A stretch of DNA of 64,000 bases from an uncultured delta proteobacterium. GTDB taxonomy: Bacteria; Myxococcota_A; Polyangia; Polyangiales; Polyangiaceae. The position numbers and the translations under genes are program-made. Numbering within the stretch: the first letter of the stretch is position 1; each line of letters opens with the position of its first letter. The stretch is taken from contig CAVOKF010000004.1 in assembly GCA_963696385.1 (NCBI GenBank), positions 1-64,000 of the forward strand. Direction: 5' to 3'. The notes beneath the pieces were generated by a model that made no database searches, was not told the DNA's origin, and saw nothing but the letters and a program-made list of their open reading frames with translations. This document shows, one piece after another, positions 9,534 through 18,745 of the stretch.

Positions 9534-9690
9534 CGGCTCAACCGCCACAATTCCGCGCGCGGCGTCGCACAATCCCGTTGACATCGTTACGGACTGAGCT
9601 CGCAATCGGGATGATGGACCACGAGCCAGCCGATGCGTATCCGCGGGGGGCGACATGGCTTCAGTGCAACGAACGTGGATGAGGTGACCG

Positions 9691-11226
9691 ATGCCCAGAG
9701 CAGCGACTGGAGAACTCCGCAAGCTCGCCGACGGTTTCGCTGCGCGCATCACGCTTCGCGGCCGCGCGCGACGAGACTTCGTGTTGACGAGCTGCGAGGG
9801 CGAACGCGAAGCCGCCGACCGATGCCGCGCGCTCGCTTCTCTGGCCAGTCGGCTGCGTCGCAGCGGTCACGACGACGAGATCGAGGGCATTCTGCAAATG
9901 GGAGCCCGGGCACGACCGGGACGCCCGTGGGAGAGCGTCGTCGGTGCGGTGGATGCTCTCTGCGCGGGCCGGACGCGCGATGCGGGCGGTCCAGTGCCCA
10001 CGTTCGAGGAGTTCGGGAAGCGATGGACGAGCGGCGAGCTCGCTCGCACCTCCCCCGACCACGTGACGGCCAAGGCCACGGCGGATGATGACGCGCGACT
10101 GCTCAAGCTCTACGTCGAGCCCTTCTTGGGCGCGCTTCGGCTCGACGAGGTGACGGTCGAGGATGCCGATCGCGTGATGGCGAGCTTACCGGAGCACCTC
10201 TCGTCGTCTTCGCGCCGCCACGTGGCCCAAGTCGTGCGGCGCGTGCTGACGTTGGCGGTCTACCCGGCGCGGCACATTCGGGAGAACCCGATTCCGCGAG
10301 GGTGGTTGCCGCGCGTCAAGACGACGAAGGCCTTCACGTGCCTCTGGCCCGCCGAGGATGCGAACTTGATGGCGTGTCGGGCGGTGCCCCTGGTCCGACG
10401 GCTCTTTTTCGGGGTTCTCGAACGAGAGGGGATGCGGCGGGAGGAAGCGGCCGACTTGCGCTGGAGCGACGTGGATTTGGCCCGCGGCGTCGTGCGTCTC
10501 GATGAGAACAAGACCGAAGATCCGCGCGCCTGGGCGCTCGACGCGGGCGTGGCCGCCGCGCTCGGAATCTGGCGCAGCCGCTTTCAGGCCGACGTGGCGG
10601 AGGACGCACACGTGTTCCGCCACGCGGGAAGACCCCTTTACGTCGACCAGATGGCCGAGCATCTGCGGGCCGACCTCAAGGCCGCAGGCGTGACCCGCTC
10701 CGAGCTCTTTGAACGCTCGGCGGTACGGCGTCCGGTTCGGGTGCACGACTTGCGGGCGACGTTCGTCACGATCAGCCTGGCCAATGGCAAGAGCGAGACC
10801 TGGGTCGCCGACCGCACCGGACATCGCTCGAGCGAGATGATCAATCGCTATCGCCGACAGGCTCGAACGTGGTCCGAGTTGGGGCTCGGAGAGCTCTCGC
10901 CGCTCAACCGAGCTCTGCCGGATTTGGCCGCGATTGCCCCGCGATTGCCCCACGAAACGCGGTCCCCGGGAAGGCCAATCGGAGCTAACCTAGCGGAGAG
11001 CAAGGGATTCGAACCCTTGGTACCCTTGCAGGTACACCTGATTTCGAATCAGGCTCCTTCGGCCACTCGGACAGCTCTCCGCCGGCCAAACTGCAGGGAG
11101 AGCTCACTGTTGTCAAGGTGGTGTGGGGCGGCTAAGCCGACGCGAATCCGCATTTGGGCCGTGCTAAGGATGGTGAACCGAGTACGGTGCCATGATTCGC
11201 GCGTGCGGACGAGTTCGGAGAGATGA
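9691..11226 (+). CDS. Tyrosine recombinase/integrase (Int2); ORF reads on through the antisense of tRNA-Ser(CGA)
   Basis: Same R-K-HxxR-H-Y motifs; close paralog of Int1; no stop before the tRNA 3' end. Confidence 0.9.
   Translation: MPRAATGELRKLADGFAARITLRGRARRDFVLTSCEGEREAADRCRALASLASRLRRSGHDDEIEGILQMGARARPGRPWESVVGAVDALCAGRTRDAGGPVPTFEEFGKRWTSGELARTSPDHVTAKATADDDARLLKLYVEPFLGALRLDEVTVEDADRVMASLPEHLSSSSRRHVAQVVRRVLTLAVYPARHIRENPIPRGWLPRVKTTKAFTCLWPAEDANLMACRAVPLVRRLFFGVLEREGMRREEAADLRWSDVDLARGVVRLDENKTEDPRAWALDAGVAAALGIWRSRFQADVAEDAHVFRHAGRPLYVDQMAEHLRADLKAAGVTRSELFERSAVRRPVRVHDLRATFVTISLANGKSETWVADRTGHRSSEMINRYRRQARTWSELGLGELSPLNRALPDLAAIAPRLPHETRSPGRPIGANLAESKGFEPLVPLQVHLISNQAPSATRTALRRPNCRESSLLSRWCGAAKPTRIRIWAVLRMVNRVRCHDSRVRTSSER
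10994..11080 (-). tRNA. tRNA-Ser(CGA)
   Basis: GGAGAGC acceptor stem, CCTGA-TTCGAAA-TCAGG anticodon arm, long variable arm, GGTTCGAATCC T-arm; CCA not encoded. Confidence 0.95.
11088..11116 (-). promoter_or_regulatory. Putative sigma70 promoter of tRNA-Ser(CGA)
   Basis: TTGACA-17 bp-CAGTTT on the minus strand, 7 bp before the tRNA 5' end. Confidence 0.5.
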
Positions 11227-12617
11227 CCGAGTGGCCGAAGGTGCATGATTGGAAATCATGTGTACCCGCAAGGGTACCAAGGGTTCGAATCCCTTTCTCT
11301 CCGCTGCACTTAGCTACGATCGGCGCCCCCCCGCCGGGCGCTCCATGTGGCAATGCGTGTGGCAATGAAAGTTCGTGGATAGCCTCGTCGAGGGGCGCGA
11401 GCGGCCCAAGACCGAGCTCAGCCCACGTCCGGGCGGCCCGCCGATATCGATTGATCATCGCGCTCGAGCGATGTCCGGTGCGGTCCGCAACCCACGTCTC
11501 GGTCTTGCCGTTGGCGAGCGACACCGTCACGAACGTCGCGCGCAGATCGTGAACGCGCAAGGGACGGCGCGTGTCGCTGCGCTCGAAGAGCGCGGGGCGC
11601 GTCACGCCGGCCGTTCTCAGGTCCTCGCGCAACTCGTCGGCGAGATGCAGCGTGTAAAGGGGCCGTCCGCCCCCAGGCTCTCGGAATACCAGGTCGTCCG
11701 GTCGCGCGTCGGCGTGAAAGAAGACCTTCCACGCGCGAAGCGCACGAGCGACGGCCGGATCGAGCGCCCAACTCCGGGGATCATCGGTCTTGTTCTCGTC
11801 GAGCACGATCTGACCGCGGCCGAGATCGAGATCGCGCCATCGGATGCGACCGAGTTCGTCGCGACGCAGTCCTTCGCGGGCGAGCACGCCGAAGAAGAGA
11901 CGGTGAATGAGCGGCACGTCAGCCTCTTGGCAGCCGAGCAGCGTTCGATCCTCGTCGGGATACAGGTGCGTGAACGCCTTGGTCTGCCGAACCTTCGGCA
12001 GCCAGCCCCGCGGAATGGGGTTTTCCTTGATGTGACGAGCGGGGTAGACCGCCAGGCCGAGCACGCGCCGAATCACCTGGGCCACCTGCCGGCGCGTCGA
12101 GGTGGACAGCGCGATGGGCAGGCTCGACATGATCCGATCGGCGTCGTCGAGCCCGAACTCGTCAATGCGAACGCCCTCGACCTGCGGGTTGATGTATCGG
12201 CGCAAGAAACGCTCGTCGGGCGCCGAGTCTTTCGCCGAGACGTGGTCCGGGTACGTCCTCGCCAGCTCGCCGTCCGTCCAGCGCTTGGCGAATTGGGCGA
12301 AGGTCGGAACCTGCTGCGCCCCCAACTTCTGCGTCTGTCCCGTGCAGAGGGCGTCCACGGCCGCACAAACGGCCGTCCAGGGCCGCCCGACGTGCGCCTT
12401 CGCGCCCAGGGCGAGCACGGGCTCGAATCTGAGCGGTATGCCCCGAGCCGCGAAGGCGTGCCGCCATCGACGCGAGCGCCTTGCAGCGCGACCTGGCTTC
12501 GTCTTCGGTCCGGCACGTCACGAGACGAAACTCGCGGCGTGTTCGACCCTCAATCGTGAGGCATGCCGCGAAGCCTTCGTTGAGGCGACGCAGTTCTCCG
12601 GCTGCTGTGCGTGCCAT
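11132..12617 (-). CDS. Tyrosine recombinase/integrase (Int3), one frameshift at ~12426; reads through the antisense of tRNA-Ser(GGA)
   Basis: MARTAAGELRRL N-terminus like Int1/Int2; EGLRRDE, ENKT, HDLRAT, RTGH, INRY. Confidence 0.88.
11217..11303 (+). tRNA. tRNA-Ser(GGA)
   Basis: GGAGAGA acceptor stem, CATGA-TTGGAAA-TCATG anticodon arm, long variable arm, GGTTCGAATCC T-arm. Confidence 0.95.
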
Positions 12618-12757
12618 CTTAAACCCTCCGTTCGTATGTCACAAGCCACCACCCCACGCACCACCCCCCGTGCGCCGAGAAACGGGCTCCCCGTGCCCGC
12701 GCCCGGCGGACAGACGGCGGGCCGGCCACCCGCCGCTTTGGCACTTTCCTCGGCAGG

Positions 12758-13450
12758 TCATCGAGAGGGGCCTCGCTCGCGGCGGCTTCGAAGTTGCAAC
12801 ACGACGGCTCCGCCCGCGGTCTCGATCAGTCGCCGTGCAACGCCCGCCCCGTACCGCGACACGAGCTGTTCGACGGTCAACCCGCTCGTCGCGATCGTCG
12901 GCCTCACCCGGTCGTATCGGTGCTGGATGACGTGGGCGACCACGGGGCTGCCGAACTCCGCCTCTTGGCCCAGGTCGTCCAAGACAAGCAGCGGGGCATT
13001 CATCGCGTCGCGAACGATGCGAGGGTCGCCGTCGCCCAAGCCGTGCTGCTGCCGGGCTACGCCGAGATCGACGGCGGCCAAGAACACCGCCGGTCGCGCG
13101 TGGACGCGGGCCCACGCGTGCGCAATCGCCACCGCGAGCGAGGTCTTGCCGGCCGCGGCGGGGCCGAGCAGCGTGGCGCGATCCAGCCGGATGAGATGCA
13201 TCGCCCGAGCGTGATCGAGCGCGGCCCCGTCGACGTGGGCCGACAGCTCGGGAGCGTCCAAGCCGGATGCCCATGCAAACCGCGCCGGCATCGACGCGGC
13301 CGTCGCCGCCTTGGCTTCGCGCGCGGCCCGCTGCGCCTCCTCGCAGGCGAGACACGGGCGAGGGCGTGTCGAGGGGGCTCCGCACGCGGGGCACACGTGG
13401 TCGAACGTCGGGGGTGTGATGCCCCGCAGAAGGTCGCCCAACGACTTCAT
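12758..13450 (-). CDS. DnaC/IstB-like AAA+ helicase loader
   Basis: N-terminal CPAC...CLAC, GPAAAGKTS Walker A, LLVLDDLG Walker B, RY...PTIATS and RYGAGVARRL. Confidence 0.85.
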   Translation of the reverse strand: MKSLGDLLRGITPPTFDHVCPACGAPSTRPRPCLACEEAQRAAREAKAATAASMPARFAWASGLDAPELSAHVDGAALDHARAMHLIRLDRATLLGPAAAGKTSLAVAIAHAWARVHARPAVFLAAVDLGVARQQHGLGDGDPRIVRDAMNAPLLVLDDLGQEAEFGSPVVAHVIQHRYDRVRPTIATSGLTVEQLVSRYGAGVARRLIETAGGAVVLQLRSRRERGPSR

Positions 13451-14511
13451 GACAGGTGCTCCCGTAACCAGGGCTCGTCGCCGACGACCCGTTGCTGTGC
13501 GTGCCGATCGCGCGCCTTTTGCGGCGCCGTGCCGCGAAACGTGTCGGCGCGGCTGGCGATGTACCGAAGCGTGGCGTTCTCGCGCACGACGAAGTCGTGC
13601 TCGAAGGCACGCCGGACGACGCTGCACGCCTCGTCCGCGCCCAACCGCTGAACCAGGGTGAAGGCCATCGCGTGGTCGGCGGCCAGGATGGCCTTGGGCT
13701 CGACGTGCTTCTTGGCTTCGAAGCACTCGATGAACGTCTGGATGACCCAATCCTTCGCTGCGATTTGCTCCGCCGTGTGCTTCGCGGCCCGGGCATTCGA
13801 CTTCCTCCTGCCTCTCGTCTCGGCAGTCGGTTCGGTCCGCGTCAGGGCTAAATCCACCACCGTAGGTGGTGGAATCTGAGACGTAGACGTTAACGTTAAC
13901 GTGGGCATCGGTTTGCCATGCCCTTTGCCATCCCGGGTGCACTCGTTAGCCATGCCCGGCGATGGCAAGTGGCCCTCCGGGTTGCCAGGGTCTTGAGCTT
14001 CGTGGGCCATGCCCGGCGATGGCAAGTGGCCCTTCGGTTTGTCAGGGTCTTGAGCTTCGTGGGCCATGCCCGGCGATGGCAAGTGGCCCTCCGGTTTGCC
14101 AGGGTCTTGAGCTTCGTGGGCCATGCCCGGCGATGACACGCCGTCATCCATTTTGCCTCGTCCCCATCGTGCGACCGCACCCCGCCGGCCCGCGTCGGAG
14201 CGCTTGGCGCGAAGCTCTGCGCGGCGCGCGGCGAGTTCCTCCCCGGTCGGGTTGTACTCGCAATAGTCGTGGATGACGTAGTCGCCCTCGTGGCGCTCGA
14301 GCAACCGAACGTTGAGCAGGACGTCGAGCACGCGTTGATCTTGGGCGATGGTCAGTGCAACCCCCGCCGAGAGCTTGCCGGTGGTCATGTTCTCCACCGA
14401 CCACGAGAGCATGCGCGCGAAGGCGCCGGATGCCCGGTGCTTGGTCCGCGAGTCCGCCTCCAGCACCTTGCGGTGAAAGCAAAAGGACCCCGAGAGTCTC
14501 GCCCAGCTCAT
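13447..14511 (-). CDS. Phage-type replication initiator protein with internal iteron-like repeats
   Basis: MSWARLSGSFCFHRKV...YVIHDYCEYNP...RSDAGRRGAVARW N-terminus; AGGAGG RBS; coupled to the DnaC-like gene. Confidence 0.65.
   Translation of the reverse strand: MSWARLSGSFCFHRKVLEADSRTKHRASGAFARMLSWSVENMTTGKLSAGVALTIAQDQRVLDVLLNVRLLERHEGDYVIHDYCEYNPTGEELAARRAELRAKRSDAGRRGAVARWGRGKMDDGVSSPGMAHEAQDPGKPEGHLPSPGMAHEAQDPDKPKGHLPSPGMAHEAQDPGNPEGHLPSPGMANECTRDGKGHGKPMPTLTLTSTSQIPPPTVVDLALTRTEPTAETRGRRKSNARAAKHTAEQIAAKDWVIQTFIECFEAKKHVEPKAILAADHAMAFTLVQRLGADEACSVVRRAFEHDFVVRENATLRYIASRADTFRGTAPQKARDRHAQQRVVGDEPWLREHLS
13949..14135. repeat. 57-bp tandem repeat x3.3 inside the initiator gene
   Basis: GCCATGCCCGGCGATGGCAAGTGGCCC... 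units at 13949, 14006, 14063, 14120; encodes SPGMAHEAQDPGKPEGHLP. Confidence 0.95.
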
Positions 14512-14557
14512 GGCGACCTCCTCCTGGCATCGAGGGCGACCGAGCGGCTGCCGGCCG

Positions 14558-14983
14558 TCATCTCGCCCTCCGGCGTCCCAAAGCGTGCAGAATGGCGTCC
14601 ACCGTTTGCGGTTCGTCGTCATCCGGTGGGTCCTCCTCGAGCTCGGAGTCGTCCTCCGCGTCGAGGCCTTCCGCGGCCGCAGCGAGCGATCGGAGCTTGC
14701 CCTCCGCCACGTCCACCGGGATGAGAGCGCTCTTGCCCACCCGAGCAACAAAGCCGCGACACATCGGGACAATCCACTCGCGAAACTTGCGGGGGGTGAT
14801 GCCCAAGACGGCGAAGGCCGTCTCCTGGCTGACAAATAGAGGCCGTACGACGAGCGGCGGCCGCGCCTTCATCGAGCGTGTCTTGGAAACGGTTGCAGAT
14901 GCCACGGTGTCCTCGTGCAGGGCGCGGACGATGAGTCCCGCCCGTTGAAAAGCCGGCGACTGCGGGCGCCGGGCATTCGTCAA
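14558..14983 (-). CDS. Putative excisionase/RDF-like protein
   Basis: Homolog of 7187-7522 (FVSQETAFAVLGI...VDVAEGKLR). Confidence 0.55.
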   Translation of the reverse strand: MTNARRPQSPAFQRAGLIVRALHEDTVASATVSKTRSMKARPPLVVRPLFVSQETAFAVLGITPRKFREWIVPMCRGFVARVGKSALIPVDVAEGKLRSLAAAAEGLDAEDDSELEEDPPDDDEPQTVDAILHALGRRRAR

Positions 14984-15540
14984 AACGTCTTGAAAGCCGG
15001 TTGCGGTGGGCTACGGACGGAGCCGAGATCGAAGCGCGGCTGACCCAGTTGAAGCGATCGCGAAAGCAGCGACAGCAGGAGCTTGTGGGTGGGCAGGTGG
15101 CCCGCGAGAACGACGCCGACGCGTAGGTAAAAGGCGTCGGGCAGGCCCGACGGGTTGCAGCCGCGCTCGACCAGGCAGGCGAACATCGCGCGAACGAGCC
15201 GAGCTCGCCCGGCTGTACGCACCTGCATGAGCAACTGCACCCGCGGACTCACGCCGGGCAGGCGCGCGGCGAGGGGGTCGTCAATCTCCAAGGTTCGGAA
15301 CACGAAGAGCCGCGTTCGGCGGCCGTATCGAATGTGAACCGCAACAAGCCTTCCCGGCCCGAAGAGCGCCATCTGACCCAGCGTGCGGACGACCTTCGCA
15401 TAGGGAGCGCCGTACGCCAGCTGGCTTCCGATCCCGTCCGGCGACCGCCGTAATTGCACGGCGGTACTCATCGGAACCGATCCGGGATGTTTTAGGGATC
15501 GTTTGAACGCTTCGAGTTCAGGGTCGTGGGCAACGGTCAT
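14980..15540 (-). CDS. DUF2840-like protein fused to the first ~15 codons of the deleted upstream gene
   Basis: MTVAHDPELEAFKRS (cf. 2907) then MSTAVQLRR... (cf. 3533). Confidence 0.65.
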   Translation of the reverse strand: MTVAHDPELEAFKRSLKHPGSVPMSTAVQLRRSPDGIGSQLAYGAPYAKVVRTLGQMALFGPGRLVAVHIRYGRRTRLFVFRTLEIDDPLAARLPGVSPRVQLLMQVRTAGRARLVRAMFACLVERGCNPSGLPDAFYLRVGVVLAGHLPTHKLLLSLLSRSLQLGQPRFDLGSVRSPPQPAFKTF

Positions 15541-15640
15541 GACGATTTCCTTAGGTGAGAGGGAAAGAGGTCAGGGAGACTCCGAGGGGGGGTTGGAGAC
15601 GTGGCCCGGCTCGGGAGCAGAGGATCGGGCGAATGCGGTT

Positions 15641-16630
15641 TCATCGGCCGCGCTCGAACGCGGAGCGCCATCGCTCAGGGGCGGACAGCGAGCGGATGTA
15701 CGCGTGCTCGACCTGTCGGAGGACGTCGTTCCAGTCTTTCGCGGGTGCGGGCGAGTGACGCTCGTAGGCGATGGCGGATCGACTGCGAACGAGGTCTTCG
15801 ATCCGGCTTGCGAGCTTGGCCCCCGCATCGTCGGAATCGACCGCGGCGACCACCCGGCTCGCGGAGGGCAATTGCGCAAAGACCCGGTCGAGTAGCTCGA
15901 TCTGACGGGCGCTCGGCGCTCCGCCGGTGCTGAGGTAGCGCGTGCGGTCCCCGAGCTCCGGATGGAGCTGGAAGTAGCTCAGCGCATCGATGGCGCTCTC
16001 GGTGATGACGAGCGCCCGGTCCGCCGGCAGAGCCGCACTCTGCCAGGCGCTCCTGGTGCCCCCCGTCGCAAACCCGGTGAAGCCCCGATTCTTGATCTCG
16101 AAACCGGTAATCTCGCCGGAACCGGCCTTGTGAACAAAGAGCGTGTTGCCGTGCCGGCCGAGCCCCCAGGTGCCCGCAAAGCGCGGATGACGAAGGGTCT
16201 CGGGGCGAATGCCCCGCGTATTGAGGTACGGGCTGTTGTCCGCCCCGCTTGCGGCGGCGAAGGTCTCCGCCACCGCGCGCGGGTCACGCGGAGGGGCCGG
16301 GACATACGGCCTCCCATAATCCAGGGTGGGCCGAGCCGTGCCGAGCCACTGGCGGAGCTCTTCGCGGACGTCACCGAGCGAGCCGTGGTGGCTGCGCGCG
16401 CGGACGAAGTCGACGATCGTGCCGTGATCGCGATCGTCACGGACGGAGAAGTAGGTCCAGTGGCCGTCGGGCGCCTTGCGCACGACAATCTTGTCGTTAT
16501 CGCCAGCGTGGCGCAGCACGTGGCACGCGCGGCTGCTTTCGCGCTTATCGCGTTGGTACCCGTAGCGATCGACCGCGTACTGGACCAAATCGATGTCGCT
16601 CTTGAATTGATGCAGTTCGGAGTCGTGCAT
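15641..16630 (-). CDS. DUF3991/TOPRIM domain primase-like protein
   Basis: Close paralog of 1852-2838. Confidence 0.85.
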   Translation of the reverse strand: MHDSELHQFKSDIDLVQYAVDRYGYQRDKRESSRACHVLRHAGDNDKIVVRKAPDGHWTYFSVRDDRDHGTIVDFVRARSHHGSLGDVREELRQWLGTARPTLDYGRPYVPAPPRDPRAVAETFAAASGADNSPYLNTRGIRPETLRHPRFAGTWGLGRHGNTLFVHKAGSGEITGFEIKNRGFTGFATGGTRSAWQSAALPADRALVITESAIDALSYFQLHPELGDRTRYLSTGGAPSARQIELLDRVFAQLPSASRVVAAVDSDDAGAKLASRIEDLVRSRSAIAYERHSPAPAKDWNDVLRQVEHAYIRSLSAPERWRSAFERGR

Positions 16631-16746
16631 GGCTCGAGAGGTTCCGTGTGGAAGGGAAACGGATGGGGGCCCGTCAGGGGTGTCGCGCGCGGGCGCGAGC
16701 CTCGCTTTCCGGCTCACGCCCCGCGGCATCGGTGGGGACCGCGGCG

Positions 16747-16953
16747 CTATTCGGTTTTCGCTGCCGCCGTGGCGTCGGTCGGGATGGCCGCTGGGGCTCT
16801 CGGTCCCAGGCCGTGTCGGGCCCTCAAGCGAGCCAGCCGGAGCTCCTCGCGATGAGCGCCCTGCCGGTCCCGCCATCCCCGTTTGGGGGTTACGAAACCG
16901 CCGAAGGGCCGTTGCGAACGAATGAGGCGACATCTCCGTCGGGAGGGGTTCAT
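16747..16953 (-). CDS. Small basic conserved peptide
   Basis: Homolog of 1345-1530; ATGA-coupled. Confidence 0.5.
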   Translation of the reverse strand: MNPSRRRCRLIRSQRPFGGFVTPKRGWRDRQGAHREELRLARLRARHGLGPRAPAAIPTDATAAAKTE

Positions 16954-17402
16954 GCGGACACCTCCGAGGCCGGCTCGAACGGGGTGTCGCCCTGGCTTTC
17001 CGAATCCGCGGCGTGCTCGAGGGTGAGCAGAAGCGAGCGGCACGTCTCTTCGAGCTCATCGCAGTTCGCTTCGGCGGCGACGAGTTCGAGGCGCACGCTT
17101 CGGAGGCGCTTTTCCTGGTCGCTCGCGACCTGGCCGAGGGCGCGGGTGACCTGCGCAAACTCCGTATTGAGCCATTCGGCGAATGCGCCGTGCTCGCGAT
17201 CCCGATCGGCGCCCTCCATCTGGAGATCGACCACCTTCTGTTCGAGCTCCGAGCAGTGGCGCCGAAGACGACCTTCGCGCTTGTGCGCCGCGAAGAGCTC
17301 CTGCTTCAGGGTGAGGATCTGCCTGGGCTCGGGTAGCCCGGCCAGGGCTCGAATGGTTTCGTTCCATTCGTGGATTGGTTCGAGAGCGGAAGACGGATGC
17401 AT
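16950..17402 (-). CDS. Conserved coiled-coil hypothetical ICE protein
   Basis: Homolog of 902-1348. Confidence 0.7.
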   Translation of the reverse strand: MHPSSALEPIHEWNETIRALAGLPEPRQILTLKQELFAAHKREGRLRRHCSELEQKVVDLQMEGADRDREHGAFAEWLNTEFAQVTRALGQVASDQEKRLRSVRLELVAAEANCDELEETCRSLLLTLEHAADSESQGDTPFEPASEVSA

Positions 17403-17542
17403 CGGCGGGCTCCTTTCGGCAAGGGCGGTTTTCGGCAATGGCAAGCCGCACGGACCTCGGGATCGAGGTCCAATGGAAACGCGCGGGATTTGGGACGAAT
17501 AGGGACTACGGAATTCGAAGCGACGGCTAAGCTAAGCGACGA

Positions 17543-18206
17543 CTACGGAGTGGAAGCCAAAGCCCACGGAGCGAGGGTCCCCGTCGGAACGAGCAGCGAA
17601 TCGGCCCCCGCGCCCTCCCGGGTCGCGGGAACGAAGATGGGTGCCTCCTCGACCGTCGGCGGAACCGCTCGCTGATGACGGATCTCGAGGGTGGTGACGG
17701 CCGCGAAGTCGGGCAGGCCGATGGCGCTCTCGTACCGGCGCAACACGCAGAGGCGATGCACCGCCGAGGGCGGATGCGCTACGGCCGAGGACGCCCGCGT
17801 GGGCCAGCTGCCGCGGGTCTTGGGAGCTTGCTTGAGGTCCGTCGTCGGGATCGCGCCGGCGGCGCACTCGAAGTCGAACTGCGAAAGCATGGCCGTGCCG
17901 ACGGCGACGTTGGTGCAGGGGTCGAACGCCCGAGCCACTTCCCGCCCGAAGGCACTGAGCCACGCCGGGGGCACTTGCATGAGGCCCAAGAGCGGCCGAC
18001 CGCCTTTGGCCAGAATGGTCTTGGTCCGCGCCAGAGCGTCGGCCGACGTCCGGGGGATCGGCGGCGGATTCGACCTCGGTCCAGTCGACCGACGCATCGA
18101 CGACGAAGTTCGGATTGGCGTCGCTCGTCGACTGGGCGATCGCGCGCACGAGATCGTCGTCGGCGAGGTAGAGGCTGCAGCTGAGGATGGTCGTCAGTAG
18201 GTCCAT
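17543..18206 (-). CDS. VirB1-like lytic transglycosylase (frameshift at ~18069)
   Basis: LGLMQV and FDPCTNVAVG motifs; paralog of 88-750. Confidence 0.7.
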
Positions 18207-18745
18207 AGCGGGGTCACCGTTCCTCGGATGGCGCGGGCCGGTAGCGGTCCGAACGTGCGGGAATCGAAACTCTTCGGGTGATGCGAGGCGACGAAGAGCC
18301 AGCCCTCGGGCACGGGTCCGCAGCCCTCGTAGTGGGGCAGCGGCCGGCCGGCGGTGTCTTCGCTGAGGATGGCGCCGAGCGGCTGGCCGTTGACCGCGAA
18401 CGTCGACCCCGCCGTGCACACGCGATCGCCGGGGGTCGCGACGACGCGTTTGACGAGGAGCGCCCCCGCGGGCAGATAGCGGCGCTCGCGCACCAGATCG
18501 CGGACCGCGTCGGGCACGGCAAAGGCGACGAGCGCTCCGGAGCTCGTGGGCGTCGCCGGAGCGATTCGGGACAGCCAGTACAGGCCGAGCGGCAGACTGG
18601 GCGTTGCGTTCCAGATCAGGTGCGAGCCGACCCAGCACGCGATCGCCAAGGCCAACGCCGTCCCGGCGAAGAGCCGCAGCAGCCAACGCGACAGATGGTG
18701 CGGGGTCAGGGTCCGCAACGGGGTGCAATAGCCCGTACCGTTCAT
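18194..18745 (-). CDS. traF: Conjugative transfer S26-family peptidase TraF
   Basis: IWNATPSLPLGLY, LLVKRVVATPGDRVC, SFDSRTFGP. Confidence 0.9.
   Translation of the reverse strand: MNGTGYCTPLRTLTPHHLSRWLLRLFAGTALALAIACWVGSHLIWNATPSLPLGLYWLSRIAPATPTSSGALVAFAVPDAVRDLVRERRYLPAGALLVKRVVATPGDRVCTAGSTFAVNGQPLGAILSEDTAGRPLPHYEGCGPVPEGWLFVASHHPKSFDSRTFGPLPARAIRGTVTPLWTY

Larger units (their letters stand above)
1..10993 (+). mobile_element. Left Tn4371/trb-type ICE (right part only), abutting the 3' end of tRNA-Ser(CGA); may include a small int+TA satellite at 8.9-11.0 kb
   Basis: traF-virB1-coiled coil-DUF3991/TOPRIM-DUF2840-replication module-xis-like-int order mirrors the right element; ends at a tRNA 3' end; left end outside the window. 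Confidence 0.75.

Noticed and set aside
12758..13450. IS21 IstB helper gene
   Set aside because: No IstA transposase or IS21 ends adjacent; it is coupled to a phage-type initiator, so DnaC-like loader fits better.
1..18745. Assembly artefact (inverted duplication of one element)
   Set aside because: The mirror copies differ by many synonymous and amino-acid changes and have different replication modules and tRNA anticodons.
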